NCBI RefSeq assembly: GCF_009914755.1
Contig: NC_060947.1
DNA length: 64,000 bases
Reading direction: 5' to 3' (one strand)
Source of the DNA: the human T2T-CHM13v2.0 reference genome, Homo sapiens
Shown: in pieces, positions 1 through 13,299 of the stretch
Numbering within the stretch: the stretch's first letter is position 1
How the letters are laid out: every line of letters starts with the position of its first letter
The notes under the pieces: generated by a model
Database searches by the model: none
What the model saw: the letters and a program-made list of their open reading frames with translations, nothing else
Told to the model about the DNA's origin: nothing
Translations under genes and position numbers: made by a program

Positions 1-39
1 CTCTGGCAAGCTTGCATCTTGTTACACTTGGAAAACTGC

Positions 40-650
40 AAATGTCTTGGACATCATCCACACTCCTAACTCCACATTTTGACCAGGAGGATCTTTGAAA
101 ATGCAAACTCGATGTTATCTATGCCCAGCTGATACTGCTCAATGGCTTTTCATTGTTGTAAGAGTGAGAACAGAGAGATTTTAGATGGAAAATTGATTCT
201 AAGCAAGGCTACAGCCATGTCAAAGCACTATCAGCCTCTCAGAAGGTGCCATGTTTCCTTTAGACTTGGTGTCTTCCCATGTACTGTCTCCTCTCTATGA
301 AACGCCCCTCTCCCTGTTTCAGTTGGGCCTCCCTTTGGGATCTCAGATTAGACATTTCTTCTCCTTTGTCTTTCTCAGACTCCTCCCTCCTCCTCCCTCC
401 ATCACCCTTAACTGGGTTAATTTCTCTTCTACTTGCTCCTATAACCCCTGGGATTTACCCAAGTGGTACGCTCCATTAGGGTATTGTGTCATCATTTCTT
501 GTTTATGATCAGGGTCTCCCATAACGAAACGCAAATCTTTTAAGGACTGTAACTTTGTCTCTCTTATGGATATATGAGTGTTGGCCATGCCCAGACTGTG
601 CTTAGCACATCATTAAACCCCACTAAATATTTGTTGAATGGTTTACTGGC
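40..650 (+). mobile_element. Degraded L2 (LINE-2) remnants including a 3' end
   Basis: L2-like phrases ggatctttgaaaatgcaaac...ctcaatggctttt and terminal cttagcacat...aaatatttgttgaatg. Confidence 0.45.
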
Positions 651-774
651 TTCTGTTCATTCGGAATAGCCTTGCTACTCCCTGGGCATTTATCACCTAC
701 ATACAAAACTATACCTGTGAGACTTTGTAGCTCCATAGTATGTTTCACAATAAACATTTGATTGACTGAAACAT

Positions 775-878
775 TCCTCCTTCTTTTCTTTCTTCCTTTC
801 TCCCTCTCTCTCTCCTCCCGCCACTGCTGTCTCCCTCTCTCTCTCTCCCTCTTTCTTTTATTTATTTAAATTTTTTTT
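775..878. repeat. CT/T-rich low-complexity tract
   Basis: ttcttttctttcttcctttctccctctctctctc... polypyrimidine run. Confidence 0.8.
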
Positions 879-1343
879 GGCTGCATGTAAAGTCTGTATA
901 TAGAGCAACAACTGTTGTCTCCCGCTGCAGACCCCGCAGCGCTCTCCCTGGTGGCGGAGACTCCACACAGCCTTCTGTGCCAGCCGTCAGAGGTCTAATG
1001 TTAGTGATTTATTTTCTCCTTTCCTTTTCTACAGAGAGTGGCACAAATCCAGGGAGAATTCCAGCTTTAAAAAAAGAAAAGTCTCAGCCTTTTTGAATCT
1101 TACTTGGCTCTGAAACAAATTATAAATGTTACCAGCATTTAAGAAAAACATCACTTCATCTCACTAGACATTTGAACACGATTATAGGAAAGCAAATTTA
1201 AAATATAAGCACTATTTGAAAACTTTTCTCCTACTTGCTCAAATCAGAAAGTCAGTAGATCTGGGAGGAATGAGTAGTCTGCTGCGATTGAAGAAAGTTT
1301 TGAACCGATGACAGCATTCAGGCACCAGCATCCTCCAACTGCC

Positions 1344-1373
1344 GTTGTAGGAAGCAGGACCTCCAGGGGGCAT
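1344..1373 (+). promoter_or_regulatory. Candidate CTCF site (motif match only)
   Basis: CCTCCAGGGGGCA at 1360-1372 resembles the CCASYAGRKGGCR core; GTTGTAG upstream resembles the U-module. Confidence 0.3.
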
Positions 1374-1880
1374 GGTCACCGCTCTCAGGTCAGTCGCATG
1401 AGGAGGCCATTATACAAAAATTGAGAGGAGTCCTGGAAGAAAGATACCCCACTCTCTCACGTCTTCACAAATTAACCACTGAAAAACTCTTCAAAACCCA
1501 CCCATCACTTCAAAAAGCATTAGGGAGGAGGGACGCCATGCAAGACAGAGCTTACATAACCAGCACCTGATTAGATGTGTGGAATAAGAAATGAAGAAAC
1601 AGGGAATCAACTCCAAGCAAACATTTCTTCTTCCTCTGATTCAAACGTATTGATGTTTAGTTTTTCAGATGTGTGCAGTATAAAGTCGTGGTGATATACA
1701 CATCTGTACATCTCAAGGAAAACAATAAATTCTCAAAATAAATTGCAAGAGATACTTTTCTCTCTTAAATTTTCAATAATTTATCAAATAATTCACAAGA
1801 CTATGAATTTGTGTTAAAGTGAGTATAAATGTTCTAAGCCCTAAGCAGTAGAGGTAAAAGAAGTTGCTTTCAAATATCTT

Positions 1881-2475
1881 TATTTTATTTTATTTTTAAT
1901 TTCAATAGGTTTTTAGGGAGCAGGTGATGTTTGGTTACATGAAGAAGTTCTTTAGTGGTGATTTCTGAGATTTGGGTGCACCCATCACTCACTAGTGTAC
2001 ACTGTACCCGATGTGTAGCCTTTAATCCCTTGCCACCACCCCACCATTTACCCCGAGTCCCCAAAGTCCAATGTGTCACTCTTATGCCTTTGCGTTCTCA
2101 TAGCTCCCACTTATGAGAGAAAACGTGCAATGTTTGGTTTTCCATTTCTGGGTTACTTCACTTAGAGTAATAGCCTCTCATTCCATCCAGGTTGCTGCAA
2201 ATGTCATTATTTCATTCCTTTTTATGGCTGAGTAGTATTCCATGGTATATATGTACACCACATTTTCTTTATCCACTTGTTGATTGATGGGCATTTGGGC
2301 CCAGCAATCCCACTACTAGTTATCTACCCAGAGGAAAAGAAGTCATTATATGAAAAAGATACTTGCGGCAACAGAGCGAGACTCCATCTCAAAAAAAAAA
2401 AGAAGAAAGAAAAAGATACTTGCACATGGATGTTTATAGCAGCACACTTTGCAATTGCAAAAATATGGAACCAGG
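1881..2475 (-). mobile_element. 5'-truncated, 5'-inverted (twin-primed) L1PB-like 3' end
   Basis: L1 3' end on - strand 1881-2299, flipping to + strand 2300-2475; TSD tcaaatatctt at 1870-1880 and 2476-2486. Confidence 0.85.
2367..2408 (+). mobile_element. Extremely 5'-truncated Alu (24-nt body plus A tail) inside the L1
   Basis: ggcaacagagcgagactccatctc + A-rich tail; perfect 15-bp TSD gaaaaagatacttgc at 2352-2366 and 2409-2423. Confidence 0.9.
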
Positions 2476-2690
2476 TCAAATATCTTATTACATGTTTTTA
2501 ATGTAAAAGAGAAAAGGCTAACTGAAACAATGGTAACATCAACAGAGAAGGGAGATTAGGGGATTGGCTGATAAGAAAATGCTAAAAAGCTTTAATGCCA
2601 TGTTAAGTAACACTTTCTCTAATTGTAATTTCTCCTACACAGAAATTGCAAACCTGTGTTCTACCATGTCCAACTTGAGTCACCCCTTCT

Positions 2691-3322
<632 letters not shown>

Positions 3323-5034
3323 GAGTCACCCCTTCTAACTTAGCAAACTGAACCCAGGGCCCTGGAGAAGGAGATACAGAACTTCTCTCTTCCCCCACTC
3401 AGGCCTTTGACAAACACCAGCCCTTCCACTTACCCCTGGTATCAGAGCCATTGGCCAATTTACACAGAAATTATTAATAGCCCCAAATATCAGAAAGGTA
3501 ACCACAAAAAGTCCTTTTCTAAGTGAAACGCATTTGGAACCTCCCATCAAATGAGGATGGCTTGTTGGCAGATGACAACACCAAGAGCCCCTTTGAGGGG
3601 ACGGTTCATCCAGGCTGGTGTTCTGTACTCATTATAGGACGTAAAGAGTGATAGGGAAGAGCTGGATTTGACAAAGCCAGTGGCCAAGCACAGGGGTTCC
3701 CCTGAGCAGCCACCTTGGGGACAATGATTGGGCAAGTGGGGATGAGGTAAAAGGCTATAAGTTGGAGACCTAAAACTGTGGATTGGAACCTCTTCCCTGA
3801 GCCCAGACAGTGATCCGTCTTCCTGCAGAGACACTGAGGAAAGGTCACCTGCGTTAACCAGCAAAAGCGCATCAGGTGCACTGGTGCCAGGTCTCGGCAG
3901 CAACCCCATGAGGAAGCAACAGCAGCCCAAAGGTTTCTACAGCCTTGGGTCTGTGAAGCATTCAGAAAAATGACTGAAATCTATGGCTTCTCCCTGAAAC
4001 CTAGCATGTCATTATCTACTCGGAAGGATATGCTGTAAGCATCCTCTGTGCACATGTGAATGCCATCAGTCCAGGGAATTTACAGCCTCACCTGTTCAGT
4101 TTTCCTTTTTTGGCTATCTGGTCACTCTCAACAAAAATAATAGCAAAAATGGTTGAGATGCCATTACCAAATGGCACCTATTTTCATTAATAGACAAAAT
4201 CCTTTGGAAGCCACTTAATGTTTGTCTGCAAATATTAGCTCTGCCACCCTGGCTTAAGATGCTTGAGAAGGCTGAGCTGTGCTAACACAATTAATTTGCT
4301 GAGTATATACATCCTCATCAGCAGGAGAAAGGTAAGTCCCAGGCCAGCCAGAGATTGCATTAAAAATTTCCAATGAGTGGGTTTTACAGCAATGAGTATT
4401 GAACATGGTCAATTGCTTTTTTCTCTTCCAATGCCACTGATGTTAACTAATTCATAGTCAATGTGCTATTCCCTGTGCCCCTGTTGACAATACAACCCTT
4501 GTGTAATCCCTTAACATAATGAGATTACTGCCTTGTTAGGAAATGGAGCAGTTTGCAGTTGAGTTTCTGGGTCTGGCCACAGTTAGGAGGCTGGGAAAGT
4601 TGTAGGACACAGTCATGTATGAATGCTTTCTCTCCTGCTCAAGGCTCTGTCCATGATATCATGTAAAGTTGGGGTCTCCCTACCTCTGGTTCCTCCCATC
4701 CTCTTTAATGTCTCCCCTAAATGTTTGTTATCTCTACTATCAAATTTGCACTTCGAGTCTTTGTCTTTGTGCAGAGGTCTATGTGCTGTTCTGTGGCCTA
4801 GAACATAACAATTTCTACATGTTGAGAGTTTACTCCTCCCATAATTCCATCTCTAAAGCCACGACCTCCATGCAAGCTTTTCTGATACCCTGAATCCCAG
4901 GATTCTTTACATGGCCTTCTAATGATATTTATAAACTTCTCTTTTGCTATGTATTTGTTTTTTGTATTGAAATTCCATTTCTCCAATTCCATTTAAGAGC
5001 AGAGAATGAATCTTCTTTGTGATTCTAAATTCAC

Positions 5035-5254
5035 TTTTTTTTAGTTCTGATTCATATGGTTTTTAATTACAATGTAATTTTTAAACTATTTGGGCTGTTG
5101 AGCCCTACAAGGAAGTCTTTTGAATTATTATCTTTAGAAAATGGACATACTATTTAGAAGTTTTTCTGTTTTCTGTCCAAATGATAACTAGTTCTAAGTA
5201 ATGGCAGTTCTTAATGCTGTATATATACATATATTTTTGGTGGGGGTGTTGAAA
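5035..5254 (-). other. Putative 3'-transduced flank carried by the adjacent L1
   Basis: Non-L1 sequence between the L1 tail (5255-5265) and a second T tract (5035-5042); ATTAAA on - strand at 5062-5067; distal TSD copy at 5022-5039. Confidence 0.65.
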
Positions 5255-8200
5255 ATTTTTTTTTTAATTCTTATACTTTAAGTTCTGGGATACATGTGCA
5301 AAACATGCAGGTTTGTCACATAGGTATACACGTGCCATGGTGGTTTGCTGCACCCACCAACCCATCATCTACATTAGGTATTTCTCCTAATGCTATCCCT
5401 CCCCTAACCCCCAACCCCCCTACAGGCCCCGGTGTGTGATGTTCCCCTCCCTGTGTCCATGTGTTCTCACTGTTCACCTCCTACTTACGAGTGACAACAT
5501 GCGGTGTTTGGCTTTCTGTTCCTGTGTAGTTTGCTGAGAATGATTGTTTCCAGCTTCATCCATGTCCCTGCAAAGGATATGAACCCATCCTTTTTTATGG
5601 CTGCATAATATTCTGTGGCATATCTGTGCCACATTTTCTTTATCCAGTCTATCATTGATGGGCATTTGGGTTAGTTCCAAGTCTTTGCTGTTGCAAATAG
5701 TGCTGCAATAAACATATGTGTGCTTGTGTCCTTATAGTAGAACGATTTATAATCCTTTGGGTATATATCCAGTAATGGGATTGCTGGATCAAATGGTATT
5801 TCTGGTTCTAGACTTTGAGGAATCACCAGACTGTCTTCCACAATGGTTGAACTAATTTACACTCCCACCAACAGTGTAAAAGCATTCCTATTTCTCCACA
5901 TCCTCTCCAGCATCTGTTGTTTCCTGACTTTTTAATGATCACCATTCTAACTAGCTAGAGATGGTACCTCGTTGTGGTTTTGATTTGCATTTCTCTAATG
6001 ACTGGTGATGACGAGCTTTTTTTTCATATGTTTGTTTGCCACATAAATGTCTTTTTTTGAATAGTGTCTGTTCATATCCTTTGCCCATTTTTGATGGGGT
6101 TGTTTGTTTTTTCTTGTAAATTTGTTTAAGTTTCTTGTAGATTCTGGATATTACCCCTTTGTCAGATGGGTAGATTGCAAAAATTTTCTCCCATTCTCTA
6201 GGTTGCCTGTTCACTCTCATGATAGTTTCTTTTGCTGTGCAGAAGCTCTTTAGTGTAATTAGATCGCATTTTATCAATTTTGGCTTTTGCTGCCATTGCT
6301 TTTGGTGTTTGAGTATTGAAGTCTTTGCCCATGCCTATGTCCTGAATGGTAATGCCTAGGTTTTCTTCTAGGGTTTTTATGGTTTTAGGTCTTATGTTTA
6401 AGCCATTAAAACATCTTGAGTTAATTTTTGTGTAAGGTGCGAAGAAGGGGTCCAGTTTCAGTTTTCTGCATGTGGCTAGCCAGTTTTCCCAACACCATTT
6501 ATTAAATAGGGAATCCTTTCCCCATTGCTTGTTTTTGTCACGTTTGTCAAAGATCTGATGGCTGTAGATGTTTGGCATTATTTCTGAGGCCTCTGTTTTG
6601 TTCCATTGGTCTATATATCTGTTTTGGTACCAGTATCACGCTGTTTTGATTGCCGTAGCCTTGTAGTATAGTTTGAAGTCAGGTAGCTTGATACCTCCAG
6701 CTTTGCTCTTTTTGCTTAGGATTGTCTTAGCTATACAGGCTCTTTTTTGGTTCCATATGAAATTTAAAGTAGTTTTTTCTAATTCTGTGAAGAAAGTCAA
6801 TGGTAGCTTGATGAGGATAGTGTTGAATCTATCAATTACTTTGGGCAATATGGCCATTTTCATGATATTGATTCTTCCTATCCATGAGCACGGAATGTTT
6901 TTCCATTTGTTTGTGTCCTCTCTTATTTCCTTGAGCAGTGGTTTGTAGTTCCCCTTGAAGAGGTCCTTCACATCCCATTTAAGTTGTATCCCTAGGTATT
7001 TTATTCTCATTGTAGGAATTGTGAATAGGATTTCACTCATGATTTGGCTCCCTGTTTGTCTATTATTGGTGTATAGGAATGCTTGTGATTTTTGCACATG
7101 GATTTTGTATCCTGAGACTTTGCTGAATTTGCTTATCAGCTTAAGGAGATTTTGGGCTGAGACGATGGTGTTTTCTAAATATACAATCATGTCATCTGCA
7201 GAAACAATTTGACTTCCTCTCTTCCTATTTGAATACCCTTTATTTCTTTCTTTTGCCTGATTGCCCTGGCCAGAATTTCCAATACTAAGTTTAATAGGAG
7301 TGGTGAGAGAGGGCATTCTTGTCTTGTGCTGGTTTTCAAAGGGAATGCTTCCATTTTCGCCCATTCAGTATGATATTGGCTGTGGGTTTGTCATAAATAG
7401 CTCTTATTATTTTGAGATACATTCCATCAATACCTAGTTTATTAAGAGTTTTTAGCATAAAGGGGTGTTGAATTTTATCGAAGGCCTTTTCTGCATCTAT
7501 TGAAATAATCATGTGGTTTTTGTCATTGGTTCTGTTTATGTGATGGATTACATTTATTGATTTGCATATGTTGAATCAGCCTTGCATCCTAGGGATGAAG
7601 CTGACTTGATCATGGTGGATAAGCTTTTTGATGTGCTGCTGGATTCCGTTTGCCAGTATTTAATTGAGGATTTTCGCGTCAATGTTCATCAGGGATATTG
7701 GCCTGAAATTTTCTTTTTTTGTTGTGTCTCTACCAGGTTTTGTTATCAGGATGATGCTGGCCTCATAAAATGAATTAGGGAGGGGTCCCTCTTTTTCTAT
7801 TGTTTGAAATAGTTTCAGAAGGAATGGTACCAGCTCCTCTTTATACCTCTGGTAGAATTCGGCTGTGAATCCATCTGGTCCTGGGCTTTTTTTGGTTGGT
7901 AGGCTATTAATTACTGCCTCAATTTCAGAACTTGTTATTGGCTTATTCAGGGATTCAAATTCTTCCTGGCTGAGACTTGGCAGGGTGTATGTGTCCAGGA
8001 ATTTATCCGTTTCTTCTAGATTTTCTAGTTTATTTGCATAGAGGAGTTTATAGTATTCTCTTATGGTAGTTTGTATTTCTGTGGGATCAGTGGTGATAGC
8101 CCCTTTATCATTTTTTATTGTGTCTGTTTTATTCTTCTCTCTTTTCTCCTTTATTATTCTGGCTAGCAGTCTATCTATTTTGTTTATCTTTTCAAAAAAC

Positions 8201-10954
8201 CAGCTCCCGGATTCATTTATTTTTTGAAGGGTTTCTCGTGTCTCTATACCCTTCAGTTCTACTCTGATCTTAGTTATTTCTTGTCTTCTGCTAGGTTTTG
8301 AATTTGTTTGTTCTTGCTTCTCCAGTTCTTAATTGTGATGTTAGGGTGTCAATTTTAGATCTTTTCCGCTTTCTCCTGTGGGCATTTAGTGCTATAAATT
8401 TCCCTCTCAACACTGCATTAGCTGTGTCCCAGAGATTCTGGTACATTGTGTCTTTGTTCTCATTGGCTTCAAAGAACTTATTTAATTTTGCCTTAATTTC
8501 ATTATTTACCCAGTAGTCGTTCAGGAGCATATTGTTCAGTTTCCATGTAGCCGTGTGGTTTTGAGTGAGTTTCTTAATCCTGAGTTCTAATTTGATCGTC
8601 CTGTGGTTTGAGAAACTGTTATGATTTCGGTTCTTTTGCATTTGCTGAGGTGTTTTACTTCCAATTATGTGGTCAGTTTTAGAATAAGTGCGATGTGGTG
8701 CTGAGAAGAATGCATATTCTGTTGATTTGGGGTGGAGAGTTCTGTAGATGTCTGTTAGGTTTGCTTGGTCCAGAGCTGAGTTCAAGTCCTTAATATCCTC
8801 ATTCATTTTCTGTCCGTTGATCTGTCTAATATTGACAGTGGGGTGTTAAAGTCTCCCACTATTGTGTGGGAATCTAAGTCTCTTTGTAGGTCTCTAAGAA
8901 CTTGCTTTATGAATCTGGCTGCTCCTGTATTGAGTGCATGTATATTTAGGATAGTTAGCTCTTCTTGTTGCATTGATCCCTTTACCATTACATAATGCAC
9001 TTCTTTGTCCTTTTTGATCTTTGTTGGTTTAAAGTCTGTTTTTATCAGAGACTCAGATTGCAAACCCTGCTGTTTTTTGCTTTCCATTTGCTTGATAAAT
9101 ATTCCTCCATCCCTTTATTTCGAGCCTATGTGTTTCTTTGCACGTGAGATGGGTCTCCTGAATACAGCACACCAATGGGTCTTGACTTTTTATTTTTTTT
9201 TCTCTAATCTTGTCTTCTCACTTTATTTCATTAAGTTGATCTTCAATCTCTGATATCCTTTCTTCCACTTGATCAATTCGACTATTAATACTTGTGAATG
9301 CTTCACAAAGTTCTTATGTTGTGCTTTTCAGCTCCATCAAGTCATTTATGTTCCTCTCTAAACTGGTTATTCTAGTTTGTAATTCATCTAACCTTTTTCC
9401 AAGGTTCTTAGCTTCCTTGCATAGGGTTGGAACATGCTCCTTTAGCTTGGAGGAGTTTGTTATTACCCACGTCCTGAAGCCTACTTCTGTCAATTCATCA
9501 AACTCATTCTCTGTCCAATTTTATTCCCTTGCTGGTGAGTTGTGATCCTTTGGAGGAGAGGAGGTGTTCTGGTTTTTGGAATTTTCAGTCTTTTTTTTTT
9601 TTTTTTTTTTTTTTTTGCGCTGGATTCTCCCCATCTTTGTGGATTTATCTACCTTTGGTCTTTGATGTTGGTGACCTTCGGATGGGGTCTCTGAGTGGAT
9701 GTGCTCTTCCTTTCTGTTTGTTAGTTTTCCTTCTAACAGTCAGGCCCCTCTTCTGCAGGTCTGCTGGAGTTTGCTAGAGGTCCACTCCAGATCCTGTTTG
9801 CCAGATCCTGCAGCGGAGGCTGCAGAACAGCAAAGATTGCTGCCTGTTCCTTCCTCTGCAAACTTCATCCCAGAGGGGCACCTGCCAGATGCCAGCTGGA
9901 GCTCTCCTGTATGAGGTGTCTTTTGACACCTGCTGGGAGGTGTCTCCCCATCAGGAGGCATGGGGGTCAGGGATCCACTTGAGGAGGCAGTCTGTCCCTT
10001 AGCAGAGCTTAAGCACTGTGCTGGGAGATCTGCTACTCTCTTCAGAGCTGGCAGGCAGGAACGTTTCAGTCTGCTGAAGCTGCGTCCACTGCCACCCCTT
10101 CTACCAGGTGCTCTGTCCCAGGGAGATGGGAGTTTTATCTATAAGCCCCAGAAAGGGGCTGCTGCCTTTCTTTCAGAGATGCCCTGCCCAGAGAGGAGGA
10201 CTCTAGAGAGGCAGTCTGGCTACAGCAGCTTTGCCAAGCTGTGGTGGGCTCCGTCCAGTTTGAACTTCCCAGTGGCTTTGTTTACATTGTGAGGGGAAAA
10301 CCACCTACTCAAGCCTCAGTAATGACAGATGCCCCTCCTCCCACCAAGCTGGAGCATCCCAGGTCTACTTCAGACTGCTATACTGGTAGTGAGAATTTCA
10401 AACCAGTGGATCATTGCTTGCTGGCCTCCATGGGGGTGGGATCTACTGAGCTAGACCACTTGGCTCCCTGGCTTCAGCCCCCTTTCCAGGGGAGTGAACA
10501 GTTCTGTCTCACTGGCGTTCCAGGCACCACTGAGGTATGAAAAAAACTCCTGCAGCTAGCTCGGTGTCTGCCCAAATGGCTGCCCAGTTTTGTGCTTGAA
10601 ACCCAGGGCCCTGGTGGTGTAGGCCTCCAAGAGAATCTCCTGGTCTACAGGTTGCGAAGACCATGGGAAAAGCATACTATCTGGGTCAGAATGCACTGTT
10701 TCTCACAGCACAGTCCCTCATGGCTTGTCTTGGCTAGGGGAGGGAGTTCCCCAACTCTTTGTTGCTTCCTGGGTGAGGTGATGCCCCACCCTGCTTCAGC
10801 TCACCCTCCATGGGCTGCGCCCACTGTCTAACCAGTCCCAATGAGATGAGCCGGGTACCTCAGTTGGAAATGCAGAAATCACTCACTTTCTGTGTTGATC
10901 TTGCTGGTAGCTGCAGACCGGAGCTGTTCCTATTTGGCCATCTTGCCAGCCACC
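5255..10954 (-). mobile_element. Near full-length, internally deleted, inactive L1PA (L1PA6/7-like)
   Basis: 5' end reads GGTGGCTGGCAAGATGGCCAAATAGGAACAGCTCCGG on - strand; ORF1 ATG at 9634; broken ORF2 pieces (EN 8803-9087, RT 6636-7364 with [10 protein letters not shown]-terminal 6198-6578); 3' UTR and tail ending at ~5255. Confidence 0.95.
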
Positions 10955-11543
10955 AATTCTGAATTCATTTTTTCACTGACCTGTAACAGGCATTGAATCA
11001 CAAAGCATTGATTGCATCCCTATTATTGGCTTGCCCAGCAAAAGCAGGAACACCTCCAAGGAATAGGATCTTTTTTTTATGTTCAATGGCAGGATTTGAG
11101 GTTCCCTACACAGAAATTGATGCCCCTCTTGCTGCACCAGAAGCTGGAAATTTTATGGATACAAATAATTTTCTTTTCCATTGAGCATTGGCCTCTCCAA
11201 ATGATGATTGTTTTGAGAAAGGTAAGGCACTGTGGTTTGCACATTTTGCTTATAAGAATTTTTTATGGGCCAGAAAGAGTTGTGGAATAGCAAGAAAGGA
11301 TTGGCTACTTACTGAAGAAAGAGCAAAAAGGAATAGGTCAGAAGTGAAAATGGAAGGATCTAAAACTAAGTTAAGTAACTGATGTCATACTTTTCCTTGG
11401 CCTAGCTCTGCAGGTGACAATGGCTGTCTTAGAAAGTTACTTCTCTACTAGGCTGGTCATCTTTGCAAAAAATCTGATATTGTTGTGCCTTTTATTTGAA
11501 TGTGAAGCCCCCAGTAACACATTTGATTTCAACTACTAGATTT

Positions 11544-11918
11544 TGTCATGGGTAGTGACTATCTGTGGCTGGTGGCATAGGTGGTAAAGGAATTTACCAA
11601 GATGGGTAAAGAAAGTCAGATTTATTAGAAAAAGTATGAAAATATGTTGCAAGGCAGCAAAGCAGAGAAGGCGCTGTCTGCAAAGAGACAGAGGCTGGAG
11701 GGAAGTTTCATAAGGTTGTGCTGGAGGGGGCTGTCTGCTGAACGAGGTCATTGTGCCCACAGAACAAGGTCATTGTGCCTGTGCAACCCTGTTCTTACTG
11801 TTCTTATGCCTGGGGAACAAGGTTGTTGTGCCTGCCGGTTATTTTTCAGAACAATTGTTCATTGCTCTTCCCCATCTGGGGCCTCATTGTTGCTTACTTA
11901 TTTTATTAGGACTCCACA
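11544..11918 (-). mobile_element. Solo LTR, ERVL class (LTR32/LTR42/LTR47-like)
   Basis: TG...CA termini; 5-bp TSD gattt at 11539-11543 and 11919-11923; AATAAA on - strand near 11620. Confidence 0.8.
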
Positions 11919-12914
11919 GATTTGTTCTTTCCATCCAAATTGGATTTCCAGATCCAAAATAAGTAGGCTGAGTATCCATCCATTACTAATTCTCCACATG
12001 ATCATAATAATAATTAGAAAATGATGTAACTGCATGTTTTAGGTATGGGAAACAAATATGACAACCCAAACTGTACCTTAGGCCAAATTTTCAAAGAGCC
12101 CAGTGGACATACTTACAACAGGAAAATATAAAAGATACACACATACTGATGTGCCAAGGAAAAGACAAGAGCAGGCATAACTCAGGTAAGGGTGTGTGCA
12201 AATGTCTAGTGAAACACACCATTATCCAATGGGTTTGCACAGACAAGGAGCACGTTATGCTACTGTGGGTTTTTCCTGGCTGAGCAGATGCAAGCAGCAT
12301 ATCTTAAAATTTTCCACTATGTGTTTTTCCATTTGAGACAGGCGTCAATTTAATAGCTGTAACAAGAGATAGTAGCTTCTCAAAGTTCAGTGACTCACTC
12401 ACTTTTGGACAATTAGGGCAAAAGAGAAATAATTCTATAAAACAATCTTTGGTGCATGCACAGCAGAAGCTAACCCATGTGTAACAGCACATAATTGGCT
12501 CCTTTTAAATTAATTAAATGTTACAGGGAAGCAAAACATAAGACCAGATTAAAAACCTTTTGATACCTCTAACTCCGATCATATTGAAGAAGCACAAGCG
12601 TCCCAGAAAGGGTGAGTCATCAATATGGGACAGGTGACAAATGTCTGGCAGCAGTCTTTCCTGCAAAGCTGGAGAATGAGTGCACCTGGCTTTGAGGATT
12701 ACAGTTCCACTGGTAATTACTCTCTGACCACAGTGTCACTATCCTGTCCCTTTCTTTTCTCGCTTATCACATGGAAATAATAATTTGTGGAGAATTGTGA
12801 GGGAATTTGTGGAGTTTTAACAAATAAATAGACATAAATAAAAAGATCTTTGAAAACTAACACTAAAAATAAAACATCCTCATTGTTATTTATCCAAAAT
12901 TCATTTTTGCACAT

Positions 12915-13252
12915 TTTCATACTTCATTCCTGTTGCTGTAGCAAAATACCTTAGATGGGGTAATTTATATAAACAGAGGTCTATTGCTCACAGCTCTGGA
13001 AGCTGTGAAGTCCAAGATCAAGGCGCTGGCAGATTGAGTGTCTGGTGAGGGCTGCCCTCTGTTCCAAGATGGCACCTTCTTGCTGTGTCTTCAGTGGTGG
13101 AAAAGGCCCTTATAAGGGCATAATCCCTTCATGAGGGCAGTGCCTTCATGACCTAATCACATACTGAAGAGCCCACCTCTTAATACTGTCAGCTTGGGGT
13201 TTAGTTTCCAACTTATGAATTTTGGTGAGATGCACACATTCAAACTACAGCA
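12915..13252 (-). mobile_element. MaLR solo LTR (MLT1A/MSTD-like)
   Basis: gctcacagctctggaagctgtgaagtccaagatcaagg...cacattcaaactacagca terminus. Confidence 0.85.
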
Positions 13253-13299
13253 CATGTAACAGCTGCTCAACTAAAAGTTGATGCTTCTGTTGGGGATGC

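Noticed and set aside
3340-5000. Exons of a host gene in the unique stretches (also 10980-11500, 21800-23000, 27700-29300)
   Set aside because: Only short ORFs with no recognisable homology or convincing splice pattern; non-coding exons cannot be excluded from sequence alone.
5951-9087. ORFs with endonuclease and reverse-transcriptase motifs as a functional or novel RT system
   Set aside because: They are frameshifted pieces of ordinary L1 ORF2; the ORF2 start is deleted and no intact frame remains.
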